Under the pieces are notes generated by a model. It made no database searches, was not told the origin of the DNA, and was given only the letters and a program-made list of their open reading frames with translations. DNA of 64,000 bases from Camelus ferus (taxonomy: Eukaryota): assembly GCF_009834535.1 (NCBI RefSeq), contig NC_045697.1, forward strand, positions 23,748,001-23,812,000. The letters run 5' to 3'. A program made the translations under genes and the position numbers. Below are positions 24,540 to 37,140 of this stretch, piece by piece (the first letter of the stretch is position 1; the number at the start of each line of letters is the position of its first letter).

Positions 24540-26190
24540 AAGGACTTTCCTCCTAAAGTCCTCTTTTTACAACTAAACAAAAAGGAAAACAAAACCCTAG
24601 ACCTAACACAACAAACAAGGACACTGAAAAGCAGAAATAAGAAGGTACACTGTGCACTGCCTAGAGTTCTCCCTATTTGGGGAACCGTATAACAGTGAAT
24701 TCCCTGGATTTTGTTTTCCTCTCTTATATCCTGGACAGAGAGCTCTAGAAGATTCTAATCCAGAACTGTTATCTGGCACAGACAAAAAAAAGCTTCAAGA
24801 AAGGCTGTTGCCTCTAGCCAAAAGACCTGGAAGAGGGTGGCCTGACAACAGAAACCCTTTTTGGCAAGACCTGTCCTACTTCAGCCAAACACAGATGGAA
24901 AAACTGCCATGTCCTACCCTAGCAGTTGTAGCAGGGCTGAGAAGAGAGCTGATTTTCTACTTTCCCTACCCACCTTGCATGGAAGCAGGCAATGGCTTTT
25001 CTGATCTTCTATCCTCTGTTCAGTGGAAGCAGGTGGTGCTCCTTTTTCTCTGTTAAGGTGGTGTCTGCCCCACAGTGGGGCAAGGAGTTAGCCCTGAATG
25101 CTGAGATTCCACCCCATCCTGCAGCAAAAAGGGGATTAGCCATCCCTGTGCTTCCCTCCTCCTCAGTGTTGGCTCAGTGGGAGCTTTTATAATCTGACTC
25201 AGGGAAACAGGGCAGCATGGTTGGTGCCCTATTTTCACCAGGAAATAGCCATCTGAACTTCCACCCCAAGGCAGTGGGAGTCAGCTCTCACCACTTCTGC
25301 TGGGTGGTATAGGTAGGGCCCACTGGGAAGCTTACTTACACAAACCCAGCTCTGGCTTGACATACTTCAGCAGGGAGAATGACTGCTAAAAGAGGAAATT
25401 AAATACTATTCAGAGTCTCATAATATGCACTGCTGAATAGGCTTAATAGTGGAAATGTCAGAGTACAGAATCAGTGAACTCAAAGACTTATTCAGGTTTG
25501 CCCAATCTGAACAGCAGAGAGAAAACAGACCCCTCCTCCCTCCCCCTGCCAAAAAAGGAAACCCCACAAAAATTAACAGTATTTAGAACCTGGGGGACAA
25601 TAATAAATGAGATACGTTTGTATCAACAGACTCCCACAATGAAAGAAGAGACAGAGTGAGACTAAAAGAGTACTTAAAGAAATAATGTCTGAAAATTTTC
25701 CAAACTTGTGGAAGGACAAAATCTACAGATTAAAGAAACCAAACAAGCCTCCAAAAGGATAAACTCAAATAAATTCATGCTCAAAAACATAATTAAACTT
25801 AAAAAAATTGAAGACAAAGAAAATGTCTTGAAAGCAACCAAAGAGAAATGCTGCATTAATTATAGTGGAACACCAGTCAGAATGATGGCAGATTTCTCAT
25901 CTTCCAGAAGGAAGTAGCAAAATGTTTTTCAAGTAGTGAAAGAAAAGAACTGTCAACTGTGAATTCTGTAGAAATATTCCTGAATTCCTAAAAATATTCT
26001 TCAAGAATGGACAGGAAGTAAAGTAATTGTCAAAGGAAAACTAAGAGAATTTATTGCTAGTTAATCTACTAAAAAACAGCTAAGTAAAATTCTCTAAACA
26101 GATAGGAAATGATAAGGGAAAAGAACCTGAAACTTCAGAAAGGAAAGAAGAATATTGGAATGGGTAAAAAATAAGATCAAATATAATAAA
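24540..26190 (+). mobile_element. L1 5'UTR plus decayed ORF1 (no ORF2 or 3' end)
   Basis: ORF 25708-25917 (NLQIKETKQASKRINSNKFMLKNIIKLKKIEDKENVLKATKEK..YSGTPVRMMADFSS) matches the L1 ORF1p RRM/CTD. A more GC-rich 5'UTR-like region lies upstream. Confidence 0.85.
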
Positions 26191-26588
26191 TTAAAAGAGC
26201 AATGGCCTTATAAATGCCATATTCTTATTGCTAGTGCAAAATATGTATTTCTCCATAATATCAGTATACTATATATGTGTGTGTAATTCTGGTTGCTGAT
26301 TATAGTACATATAGGCAAATAAAAACATAATCCAAACAATCTAGGTTTCATGTAAAAATTCAACACAATTAACCCCATTTATCTGTATATAATTTTTCTA
26401 ATTTTCCAAACCTTTAGAACACAGGCCCAAATAAGAACTGAATGCAAAGACTTTGAACATTGCAAATAGCTTTTCATATTCTTTACTTTATATTGAAATC
26501 CTTACCATTTCACATATGAAATTTTTAATAGACTCCTATTTGAATTGCCTTACCAAACTCCATCACCCTGGTTTTAAATATCCCAGCA

Positions 26589-27201
26589 TGTGGGTTCTGG
26601 CCGTCAGAAGTCCCACTGAGACGGAATGAATTACTCAAGACCCTGTGGAAAAAGTCAAGAGAGGGAGAGGGAGTCGGGAGCCAACTCAAGGAACTTCTCA
26701 AATGCTCCCTTATTTATTGAGTACAGTCAAAGGAGGAATGCAGGAATTTAGGGAAGGACAGGGTGTGATCACAATGAGTACCAGGGCTTTGTTTATTGTT
26801 GGTGTTTGGCTCAAGGTCAGAAGACCCTGTTTGGTAAATCATGTTCCTGTTGAGCCTTTCAGCTTATCAGAATCTTAACTTAATGAGAATCAGCTGCTTA
26901 ACAACATTTTTCTTGGACTCAGGCGGCTGTGCCTGTGTCTTAGGTTGCCCCCCTCAGGGGATCCTACCCATCATTGGCTAACCAGCCTCCTCACCTCTGA
27001 GTCTGCAGCTTTTTATAAGTTGTTTATCACTCCAGCCCAAGGCTATTTTGGGGATAGAAGACTATCTAACAGCAGGCACGCCCAGCGTTTATAGCCTGGG
27101 TCATTGCTAAAACCTCAAGGCAGTTACTAAGCACATTTTCTTTAAGGAGATAAGTGGCTGGGATCTGTTACAATTTGTTAACCCAGTCATGGGCTCCCAC
27201 A
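26589..27201 (-). mobile_element. Solo LTR, class II (betaretrovirus/ERVK-like), 613 bp
   Basis: Inverted termini TGTGGG...CCCACA. Perfect 6-bp TSD CCAGCA (26583-26588 and 27202-27207). TATAAA and AATAAA motifs on the minus strand. Confidence 0.93.
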
Positions 27202-28051
27202 CCAGCAAATAATAAAGAGAAAATTAATGGAGGCTGAAGGATGGAGTAGGGGTAGAGATTATTAGAAGTTAGTATTCCATTCTCAACAGAAAAAGGAGGG
27301 AAAAAAAGTTAAAAATAAAAGCGAAGTATTATTATACCATATTTATAAACTACTAAAGGGGACAGAAAAAAAGATATTTTGAAAAGATTTCTATTTAGTA
27401 AAAGCTTATACACAAGTATGTTTGGTTAATTCTAGGACTGTTTCATAAAAGGGCAGAATTAGGGGGTCTGTCTTTGAGAAAAATGTTTAAAGAATTTTAG
27501 GCCCTTCATGTTAGCGCAATTATTATGGAATAGCTAAAAAAAAAACAGAACAAAACAAAATCAAAAGTACACACAAGCATAAAATTGGAAATGATAAGCA
27601 CATAGGATAGCACACAATAAAAACCACTATGACCTTATGAATAGAAATTGTTTTAGACAAATTTCATTTCCTTCCGTGACAGTTAAAAGTCATGTTGCTC
27701 AAGCCAAAAATAATATATGTCACTTACCTGTGCTTCAAGGAAGTTTTTTTATATCTGCACTTGTATTTTTTTTTTAATAAAAATACATGATCCTTCATTA
27801 TTGATTCCCAACCTTTTAATATAAAAAAATAAAAAGAGACTATATAAAAAAGTTGAAGTTTATTTTCTATTGATTGTAAAAATACATACTACCAAAAAAA
27901 CCCTTCTATTTCAGCAACACTCTGAAAAAAATTACAATTTTATTACACACTACCATACCTATAGCCTTGAAAACTATGTCCTTTATTCTTAAAAAACTTT
28001 ATTAAGTGGAAATATTTACCTAGGTATAAGCCAGTAAAGTATTATATATAC

Positions 28052-28084
<33 letters not shown>
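28052..28084. repeat. (TTG)n microsatellite
   Basis: Directly visible. Confidence 0.95.
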
Positions 28085-28780
28085 TACTTTCATGTCAAAA
28101 TGTCTTTATATGGGGTTGAAATTAGAAGAGAAGTCTGACCTGGAGGGGAATGTTTGCAGTATACCTACATGTTGGTGGTGGTAGAAACCCTGAATGGGAA
28201 AAAAATCCCCAGGAGACACCAGGATTTCTTTCCAAAGAAGAAAATCTGAGGAAAATGCAACATTTTAAGAACAAGCAGAGAAAGAGAAGAAGCTTTCAAA
28301 AGAGATTATTTGTTATAGGCCTAAGGATATGGTTTTGTAATCTGAGGATGCAAAATGCCATTGGAGGAGTATGAAAGCCTAATACTGAGTTGTGACAGTT
28401 TACAAAATCTTAGACATTTGTAGTGAGCTTTCAATATTATAGAGCTGCCAGGTAAGCACTGTCAAGCAGGACCATAGTCAACCATCTATTTGAGGACCAG
28501 CCTTTAGTCAAAGTGGATTTTTTTTTTTTTTTTGCTTTTGAGGAGTGCACTCATGTAACAATAGGGAAATATAAAAACATTACACCTACTTTAGAAGGAG
28601 AGTTGGAGGAGCCATTTGAAAGTTCATGTTTTATGAAGTGAGCATATAACATACTGCTTGCACAGAAAAATCAATGACAGATTTTAGTTCAGTTCAGGAT
28701 CAACATTTACGACATAAAAACCAAACCAAAAACTTGTGTGTACCATGCTCTATGCTGAGCTAACTCAACTTCTTATCACT

Positions 28781-28793
28781 CACACACACACAA

Positions 28794-28840
<47 letters not shown>
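28781..28840. repeat. Interrupted (CA)n microsatellite
   Basis: Directly visible. Confidence 0.95.
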
Positions 28841-28842
<2 letters not shown>

Positions 28843-29309
28843 GACAAAGAAATATCACGTATTCGCCTATAAGGGATGTATGTAAATTCTTCCCATGAGG
28901 GTATAGAATATCGTATTTAAGTTTCATCAAGACTAATAGTCTCAAAAATGCTATTTAAAATATATTAGGATTTCATGTAAACTCCCCTTGGGTATATTTA
29001 ACAGAAGCTGCTAAATCTGGGATATGAGAATTTGAAAACTATTTTTCACACTTTATTTGGTATCTTATTTTTTGCTCTGCTAGACTGCTAACAAATAGTT
29101 ATGATACTCATTTCAAGAGTAACTTTAGAAGCTAGTTGTTTTTTGATTTATCTTTTTGAATATAGCCCAGAGCTTAGAAGATATATTCCTCTGGTCAAAA
29201 CCATCCCTTTGGGTAGGATTTGATCAGAAGGACAGTGAAAGATCTTTCCACTGATTAAGCAGTGTGCGGGAAATCCTTACCACAGGAGTCTCTTGCCTGG
29301 ACACAATCT

Positions 29310-29418
29310 TTAAAAAGTGGAGATGAAATGCACAAATATGGGAGAGTTAGCTGAGCATAGAGTATGGTACACACAAGTTTTTGGTTAAAAAATGGAGATG
29401 AAATGCACAAATATGGGA
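29310..29418. repeat. 34-bp direct repeat (1 mismatch) separated by 41 bp
   Basis: TTAAAAA(G/A)TGGAGATGAAATGCACAAATATGGGA at 29310-29343 and 29385-29418. Confidence 0.95.
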
Positions 29419-29544
29419 AAAAACACTGATGTTTTAATTCTGAAGCTAATATTGCTTGGAAGAACACACCCATGCACACACGCATACACACACACACACA
29501 CTCACAAGAGTTTATGAAAAAAAGTGCTGACACAATGAAGCTTT

Positions 29545-29930
29545 GTGGAGAGAGCAGGGAAGGCTCCTAGGCAGTTCCTTCAATGACTTGAGAGCCAGGA
29601 AGAGGGACTGGCTTTGGCTTTTATTGAAGTCAGGGCTAGGGCTGGGGTGAGATCTCCTGCGTGCACACTCAGGTCAGGGCAGGCATGGTCCTGCCAGTCC
29701 AAAGGATGGAGCGCCTGGGCTAACATACTGGCCTGCCTCGCTGGAGGAAAGGCAGTGGGGAAAAGGGCTGAGTGAAAGCTGCAAGCTGTCAGCAAACATC
29801 AACCACGGAACAGACTCTATCACACCACCACAAAAGCACGTCCTCACCTCTTCTTCTCCATGTCTTAAATCCCAAAGGGGCAGGCCTTCCTGGGGGGGGA
29901 AGCCTGCCACGGCCCAGCATTACTTACAAC
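29545..29930 (-). mobile_element. Old ERVL-type LTR (MER74/LTR-like)
   Basis: GC-rich island with GGCTTTGGCTTTTATTGAAGTCAGGGCTAGGGCTGGGGTGAG, typical of reverse-oriented ERVL LTRs. Confidence 0.5.
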
Positions 29931-29944
29931 TGGCTTTACTTATC

Positions 29945-30150
29945 TATTGTGTTAACTTTCTATTGCTGTATAACAAACTAACAGAAACAGGATTTTAAAA
30001 CAACATATATTCATTATCTTACAATATCTAGGAATCAGGAGGCTGGGCCTTATTTTTAACAGAGTTCGGTGCTCAGGGTCTCAGAGAAGTGATACAGGTA
30101 TAGAGATAGCAAAGCTGCATTTCTTTCTGGAATTTGACATCCTCTGTCAG
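29945..30150 (-). mobile_element. MLT1 LTR fragment
   Basis: TGTGTTAACTTTCTATTGCTGTATAACAAACTA...TTAAAACAACATATATTCATTATCTTACA...GCTCAGGGTCTC. Confidence 0.75.
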
Positions 30151-30869
30151 CTACTGACAGTGAAGGTGCTGCCACAAATCTTCACCAGCAATGAAAGCCA
30201 ATACGCGCACCAACAGAGCAGTCCAGGTTAGGAGAGAAGGAAGGGACCTCACAGCAGTATTAGTTGGGGGTACTTGAAATACAAACATTACTTACTTCAT
30301 CTGATTAAAATTTAATATGCAATAACATTTATTGGGATCAGGGAATGGATGAGAAGTAAGAATCAGAAAAAGACTGCTTATTACTGTTAATATTATTCCA
30401 TTTTTTAATCCCAAGATTGTGTGACCAAGGAAGAATGGGTTAAATTAGTTTTTAAGAAAAGAAATATATTAAATGTGAGATCTAAATTATAGCTATTGGT
30501 TATTTGCATATACCAGGTTCACTTAATGCTCTTCCCTGCATAGTCTTTGGCACAGGTGCAGGTCCCAGGTATTTTCTGTGCTGCTTTCACTGGTAGCATA
30601 ATGTCATAGCTAAGGCTGAATTTTTACGTGGACAAAGCACTGAAGAAATTCGTCAGGTAACTGAGATATAAATCTTACTGGATTTTGGATTATGAAAAAA
30701 CAAACATGCATAAGAAAGAACACATTCAAATCTCAGCTGCTGGGAAGGCCTCTGTTCTCTTCTGTTATTTACTGGGATATCAGATGACAGTGTGATCTAA
30801 GCTTAGTTATGAAAAGTTAGTCTTGGTTTCCTCATCTTTAAAATAGGCATCATATTATCTGTTAGCTAC

Positions 30870-31335
30870 ACTTAGTGCTACTGCTTGTCCTGGATACTCT
30901 TACTCCTTGTCTGGTTACAAATCTCTCTTCTGGGAAACACATGTCAATTTACTGGAAGTGACCCACAAGGGCTCATGACCCAGGTCTGCCCAGCAATATT
31001 ACCCAACCTTCCTGCCACAGTAATTAGTTTATGAACTAATTACTAATTAGGCATGTTACACAAATTGTCCAAGCAAAGTCCCATGGGGGCTTTTCTGCCT
31101 AAGCCTTAAGAAGATTCTCTTTGCACAGGGTCATTACAATGTCAGGATGAAAGTCAATGCCCACCATCATGTCCTCCATTGGAAGAGAGTCTATTTAAGG
31201 AATTCAAATAAAAGGATCCCTAAAGATACTATTTGAGCCTTGAATCCAGCAATGAAGCCAAAATATCTTGGATTTTTGAGCTACTTGAACCAACAAATTT
31301 ACTTCAGTGCCCAAGCTAACTTGAGTTTTAACGCT
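30870..31335 (+). mobile_element. Old MLT1-type LTR
   Basis: GGGCTCATGACCCAGGTCTGCCCA...TTTGAGCCTTGAATCCAGC...AACCAACAAATTTACTT...AAGCTAACTTGAGTT. Confidence 0.6.
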
Positions 31336-34300
31336 ATGTTAATAGCACTACGTAATACAACCTCACCTCCTGTTATATTGACAAATGCACATTTAGCGCC
31401 TCATAAATAGAAACACTAAGCATACATTAGTTTCCTCATACTGGATACAGCCTTGAAAGTAGTGTTTTTAAACTGTTCAGAAGAATAAAATATACAGTAT
31501 AACCTTTTTATCCATACAAACCATATTGATTTTTCCCAATGCATGTTGTTATGCCAAAGGTGAGTATGTTAGTTTTACATGAAGAGAAGCAGTCTGCATG
31601 GAGCAGTGTTAGGCCTGACACTTTCTGTGTCACGTGTTTCATTGTTTTCTGCTGAAAAATTGAGTGAATAAGGCATATTCACAAGCACAAAGAGAGTTCA
31701 TCAGGCTGTGAACTATGTTTCTTCAGTGGTTTTGCTGTAGTGAGAATGATTTTCAGAGTCCTAACGTGTGAGATGACCGACTGACTACATCAGAGAGGCT
31801 GTGAAAAGGAGTATAAAAAGGAGAAATAAGAACTAAATATATCAGCCCTACACTCCTTTTTTTCTTTCTTCGACGGTGGTGGGGGAACGGGGGTGGATGT
31901 GGATGAGGACACAATGCATTTTTTAAGTGCTGTGTTTCTTGAAATACATCAAAGAAGCTAAGAGAAAGCAGAAAACTCCAAATAGACTTCAAGAGAGTCT
32001 TTTTTTCTATTAAAAACATCGGAATCTATAAAGGAAATAAAAGAATTGCATTAGACTTAAATGATCTCAGAAAAGTGTCAGAAAAACTGACAGGTAAATG
32101 ATCATTACAATCTATCATTATTTTATTTTTTTTATTCTCTTTAAAAAAAAAAAACAAAAGTAGGGAAATGGCCGACTTTAAGCCCATTCCAGAAAAGCCA
32201 CAAAATTGTATTTTCCTCCTATTATCATGTATAGAGAGTATCTTTTATGCAATCAATTCTGTAAGTGCAAATCAATAGCACAACGGATGATTTCACTCAA
32301 GTGACATTCACCGTGAACCTATTGCGTGCTAGGTGCCGGGCTAGCCTCTGCATGGAAGATAAATTATGACATAGCCCCTGGTCTCAGGGAGCTCAAAGAC
32401 AAGTAAATCTAGATAACTTAGGACAAGAAAAGAATTACTCAAGAAACATGCTCTGTTCCAGATGTGCATGTTCAGTATTATTTATTGAGATTACACCATG
32501 GAGGGCCAGACTACTCAACTAGAAATTTAGAAAATATTTAGTCTTCCAAATGTAATCATTACTTTAATCAGGCATTGGATCTGGAAAGTAATTTAGTAGA
32601 TACATTTTGAAATCTTTTACTTGATCCTTCTCTTTGTTCTAGGGAAGCTGCTAGCAAAATATTGCCTTACACATCCAGAAAAGCAAGCATGGTCTGCAAT
32701 CTGCTTCTGATCTCTGTACTCTGCCCAAAAGGGAGGACTAGGACTGCATGAGTACAAGAAAGAAGTTAACAATTGATTATTGACTTGCTTTCTTCATACC
32801 AGATGTGCTGGTGTTATAAAGAATGGCCCTCATTATCTAGTGTAAGTACTTGATGTTAAGTCATCATTGACCTGCATTAACTCCAACACCAGGAAGCTGA
32901 GCTGCACAGAAATACCCTGTGAATTGAAAATTATCTGTAGATTATGGTTCTTCCTTTGCGCCTACACAGTTCACCAGGATTAGAGGTTTTTTTTTCCTAC
33001 ATTTGCATGATTATGAAGTATGCAGGTGGAGTTAGATTTTTCTTTTACCCCAAAGAAAATCAGAATTGTATGACCAATATCTTACCTTCAACTGCCTTTC
33101 AATACCTACTTCTTTGTCAGCCACATGTTATAGTTATTTTCCCTTTATTTTCTGTGCACAAGATACAAGCTGAGGGCAGATGCCATGTCCCCTGCTTAAC
33201 ATGGCAAAGATCATTAGCAATCAACAAGTGCTCTTTTCCTTGAATGAAAGAATTTGGGGTCTCGCCTTTCCTAAAATGTCAAGTATTAGATGCAGAGGAA
33301 AAGGAAACAATCTTTTTTTTCTTTTTTACTCTTACACTAGTTAGATATATGCATCTAATCAGACTTGTTTGGTTACTAGAAAATTTCAAACCATATAAGT
33401 TCTTCTATATGCAATTAGTTTATGTATACTTGTATCCATGCTAAAATTATAAAAAAATATTATCTTACATTTGTTTCAGTGACTGTGTATTCAGTCTAAC
33501 AGTATTAACACTGTTGTAGAATCTTATCTCATATATAACTTTATTCAGTGATTTATAAGGTTATATATATGCATGTGTATGTTTGTATTCCACTTAGATG
33601 GAAGACAGGACATCTGTCTGTAGAGAACATGAAAGCCCAGTTTAATGAACACAGAGGAAGTGGCTGTCTTATTTCAGAGAGGCTTTCTGCTTCTTGACCC
33701 TGGACCCTCATGAAGCCTGGCTTCCTCCTTGTCCTTGTGTTTCCTGGACAGCCTGTATCCTGTCAACAACCAAGATGTTATTCTTAAATTAATCTGAATT
33801 GTCTTCAATGGTTGCATCACCTTGGTAACAATCTTCCAAATGCAATTTAATAATTTAAGAAATATTGATTGAGGACTTATTTTATATTCTGTACTATGGA
33901 AGGTCTAGGTATGCAGAAAGGAAATTGACCCTCAATTAATTCATTTTGTAGTAGAGAAGGTGGGCATTCAAATAGGTAACTTTAGTATATGCATGATGTG
34001 GTGAAAAATGACATAAACTCTTCTACAGGCAAATAGGCAAGTGCTTAATAAAAACTGAGCTGCAGGGGGCAAGTAGAGGTAGAGTTTAAAGGAGAGTAGA
34101 GATGCTACATGAGTTAAGTTTAGACAAACAGCCAGACTTAATAAGGCAAAGGGTGAAAGAAGGAGGTTATAGGCAGAGGGAATAACAAGAGTACGGACAT
34201 TGAGTGTGAAATCCTACACTTTCTTATTATTTCAATAATAGTTTTGTAGCACACACTGTGAACTTGCCACTATTCCAAATGCTTTGGAAGCAGCAATAAA

Positions 34301-34419
34301 AAAAAAAATCATTCCTTTCTCCATGATATTTATACTTTTGGAGGAGAATATATATATTACATAATAAAATAAACTATAATACAATATATATAACAAAATA
34401 AGTGAACAAAGAAAATAGT

Positions 34420-34600
34420 TCCCAAACCTTATAGCATGCGTCAGAATCACGTGGAAGGTTGTTACAACAGATTGCTGGCCTTTATTCACCACATTTCTGA
34501 CTCAGTAGGTATGTACTGAGGGCTAAGAAGTTTCATTTCTGACAAATTCTCAGGTGAGGATAATGCTGCCAGTCTGGCCATCATACTTTGAGAAACACTG
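34420..34600. mobile_element. MER5A hAT MITE
   Basis: GCGTCAGAATCACGTGGAAGGTTGTTACAACAGATTGCTGG...CATTTCTGACAAATTCTCAGGTGAGGATAATGCTGC...ACTTTGAGAAACACTG. Confidence 0.85.
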
Positions 34601-35560
34601 ATGAAGTATATTAGATAGTGATAAGTGCTATGGAGACAAATAAGTCAGGCGTGTAAAGAGAGTTGTAACATTAAATTGCATGGTGAGGCAAATTTTCTCT
34701 GAAAAGACCTGAAGAAGGGAGGAACCTAGCTATGTGGATATCTGGAGAAAGAGCATTCCAGGTTATTTACTTAGTGTGAGATGAGAGTCATTGTCGGGCT
34801 TTAAGCAGACATGTGGCATGATCTTGACATGACCTCCTCTTTGAAACAAGATTACTCTAGCTGCTCCACTGAGGATAGATAGAAATGAAAGGAGGCAGAG
34901 AAATGAAATTAGTAAGGAGTCTACTGTGATAATAACATTAGCAAGAATGATGGAGATTTGGACCTGAGTGATAAATGTGGTACTCATGAAAACATGGCTG
35001 AAGTAGAGAGAGAGATATTTGAAGAAGAGTCTTCAGCTAAAATAATGGATTTAATTTGGGATATGAAAGAAATAGTTAACAATGATTACTAGAATTTGGT
35101 TGTAGCACATAGAAAGATGGTTTATCATTAACTGAGGTTGGAAGGACCACGGGAGAAGGGGGATTAGGGAAGAAGATCATGAGCTCAGTTTTTGACATGT
35201 TCAATTTGAGCTCCTTACCAGTAACTCTGGTAGGGAAGCAGAGTAGGAAGTTGTATTTAAGGATCTGGAGTTCAGGGCAGAGCTCAAGATACAAAGTTGA
35301 GTGCTGTGACTGACTATGTGTGTTCACAAAGGGAGTGAGTACAGAGAGAGAAAAGATGTGATTTTAGGACTAAGCCCCAGGGTGCTGTGAGGGTAGAGAG
35401 GTGAGGGGAGGACAAAGAAAGAAGAGGAGCAACACCCAATAATGTAAGCAGAACCTGGGAGTAGATGCTGCCCTGGAAGCCAAAGGAAGAAAGTGTTTCA
35501 AAGTAGAGAAACTGAACAGGAAAATAGGCAAATATGCAGAGTTTAAGGAAAAGTTAAAAA
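34600..35560 (-). mobile_element. L2a-like LINE fragment
   Basis: GAGCTCAGTTTTTGACATGTTCAATTTGAG, GGATCTGGAGTTCAGGGCAGAG, CCTGGAAGCCAAAGGAAGAAAGTGTTTCAA. Confidence 0.85.
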
Positions 35561-35877
35561 CAAAAAACATTACAATTGGCAGAATTCGTTTTGGAATTGA
35601 CATGGGGAAAAGAGGAAGAAGAAAATGCTTCTGTTTTATCTTTTTCTGACACAACTGGTCTTTGTTTTAAAGACGAAACCAAGGAGTTGCAGCATATTTT
35701 CCATGGAAATCATCCATTCTGATGAGGCTAAAACTCTTCATATCTCTACAAATATAATTTATTTAATGCCCAGAAAGAATATAATGCTCTGAATACAGGT
35801 GCTAAACACAACTAAATGAAGTAGCTTATTTTCTGAGATAAATAGAATAATTATGAACATTTTTTAACATCTTAAAA

Positions 35878-35963
35878 GCATCCTAAAATGTTCCATCAGC
35901 AATTCTTTAGAACAATGATTCCATAGCATCTAAAAGGTTCCATCAATGATTCTTGAGAACAAC
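35878..35963. repeat. Diverged tandem duplication (~50-bp unit)
   Basis: GCATCCTAAAATGTTCCATCAGCAATTCTTTAGAACAA versus GCATCTAAAAGGTTCCATCAATGATTCTTGAGAACAA. Confidence 0.8.
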
Positions 35964-36929
35964 CATGAAGTTAGCTTTTAAAAAATGAAAATGATAATGC
36001 ACTTTGAAGGAGACCTCAGAATTATATCTTTAATAAAAAGTCATGTATTTTCACATAATGCAAAAGCAAGTGCTGACTGATATTTCCAACTGGGAAAAGT
36101 TAAATAGTATCCTATCGTCTGGCAAATAGCAAAGTGATTCTTGGTGATGAAAATAATCAGGACATATTACCTATAGCATGTGCATCTTTGAGAGGAAGGT
36201 GATTTACTTGGAATCTGTAACAGGAGAAGAGCATTTGGGGATGCAAATAGTTCTCTTCAAGATGACTGTTTATGCTAGAATATTAAGTTTCCATTTGTGG
36301 TAAATGGGAAAGCAGATGGCTAAAGAAAAATATTTTGTCAAGTTTGTAACATAAACTACCTAGTTGTAGTAAAAACGTTTTTCTCATCATTGGAAGGAGT
36401 AGAGAGTGAGAAATAAACATAAATAGTCTGATTTTTCCAGGATGGAGTTTCCCTCTGGGTTTTGAGCACTTCCATTAATTCAAATATTTCTCCACAGTTT
36501 ACCAATTAGTCAATCACATGTGTAGTTAACAGATATTTATTGAGCTTCTACTATGCTCAGGCACTGTTTTTGTTGCTGTGGAGAAATAGAAAGCAATGAG
36601 ACATAAATTCTGACTTCCAGGCTCTAATTACATGGTAGTAAAATTAAGACATGTATTTAAATTCATTCATTTCTTAATAGCTTACCCTGCTTGCCAGAAA
36701 TACTAGTATAAATAATGTGCGGAGATACAAAAATGAATTAGACACTTCTACATTAATATGTAAGTGGTAGTTAATGTTAATATTTAATAGTGGTTTTTGC
36801 TGTTGAATGGAACATTGGGACAATATAAAAACAATTACTTTTTACTTTACATATTTGTGTTGTTTACTTTTTAATAGTGTATGAATTATTTTATTATTTT
36901 TATCATTATCATTAATAATGGCAACGACT

Positions 36930-37140
36930 GTTATTTGCTCTATGCTTTCTACATGCCAATCCCTCCTTGTATGCATTATCTCATTTAATTATCAAAACAA
37001 CTCTCAGTGAATGTACTCATAGTAAACCCAACTTATAAATGTGGCAACTGAGGCTTAGAGAAGCTTATTAATTACCTTGCCAAAAACCCCATATTAAGTG
37101 GCACATATTATCCTGGTCTATTTGCCTTCAATACTCAGTT
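36930..37140 (-). mobile_element. MIR SINE
   Basis: ATGCATTATCTCATTTAATTATCAAAACAAC...CAACTGAGGCTTAGAGAAG. Confidence 0.75.

Noticed and set aside
24652..25056. Longest ORF (134 aa) as a novel protein
   Set aside because: It lies in the GC-richer L1 5'UTR-like region, starts at a non-ATG codon, and has no recognisable domain.
25474..25917. L1 ORF1-like ORFs as a domesticated gene
   Set aside because: Broken by stops and frameshifts; an ordinary decayed L1.
29310..29418. Repeat-spacer-repeat as a CRISPR array
   Set aside because: Only two repeats, a mammalian context and no cas genes.
33001..33008. Octamer motifs (ATTTGCAT/ATGCAAAT) here and at several other sites
   Set aside because: Expected by chance in AT-rich DNA; no composite Sox-Oct site or clustering seen.
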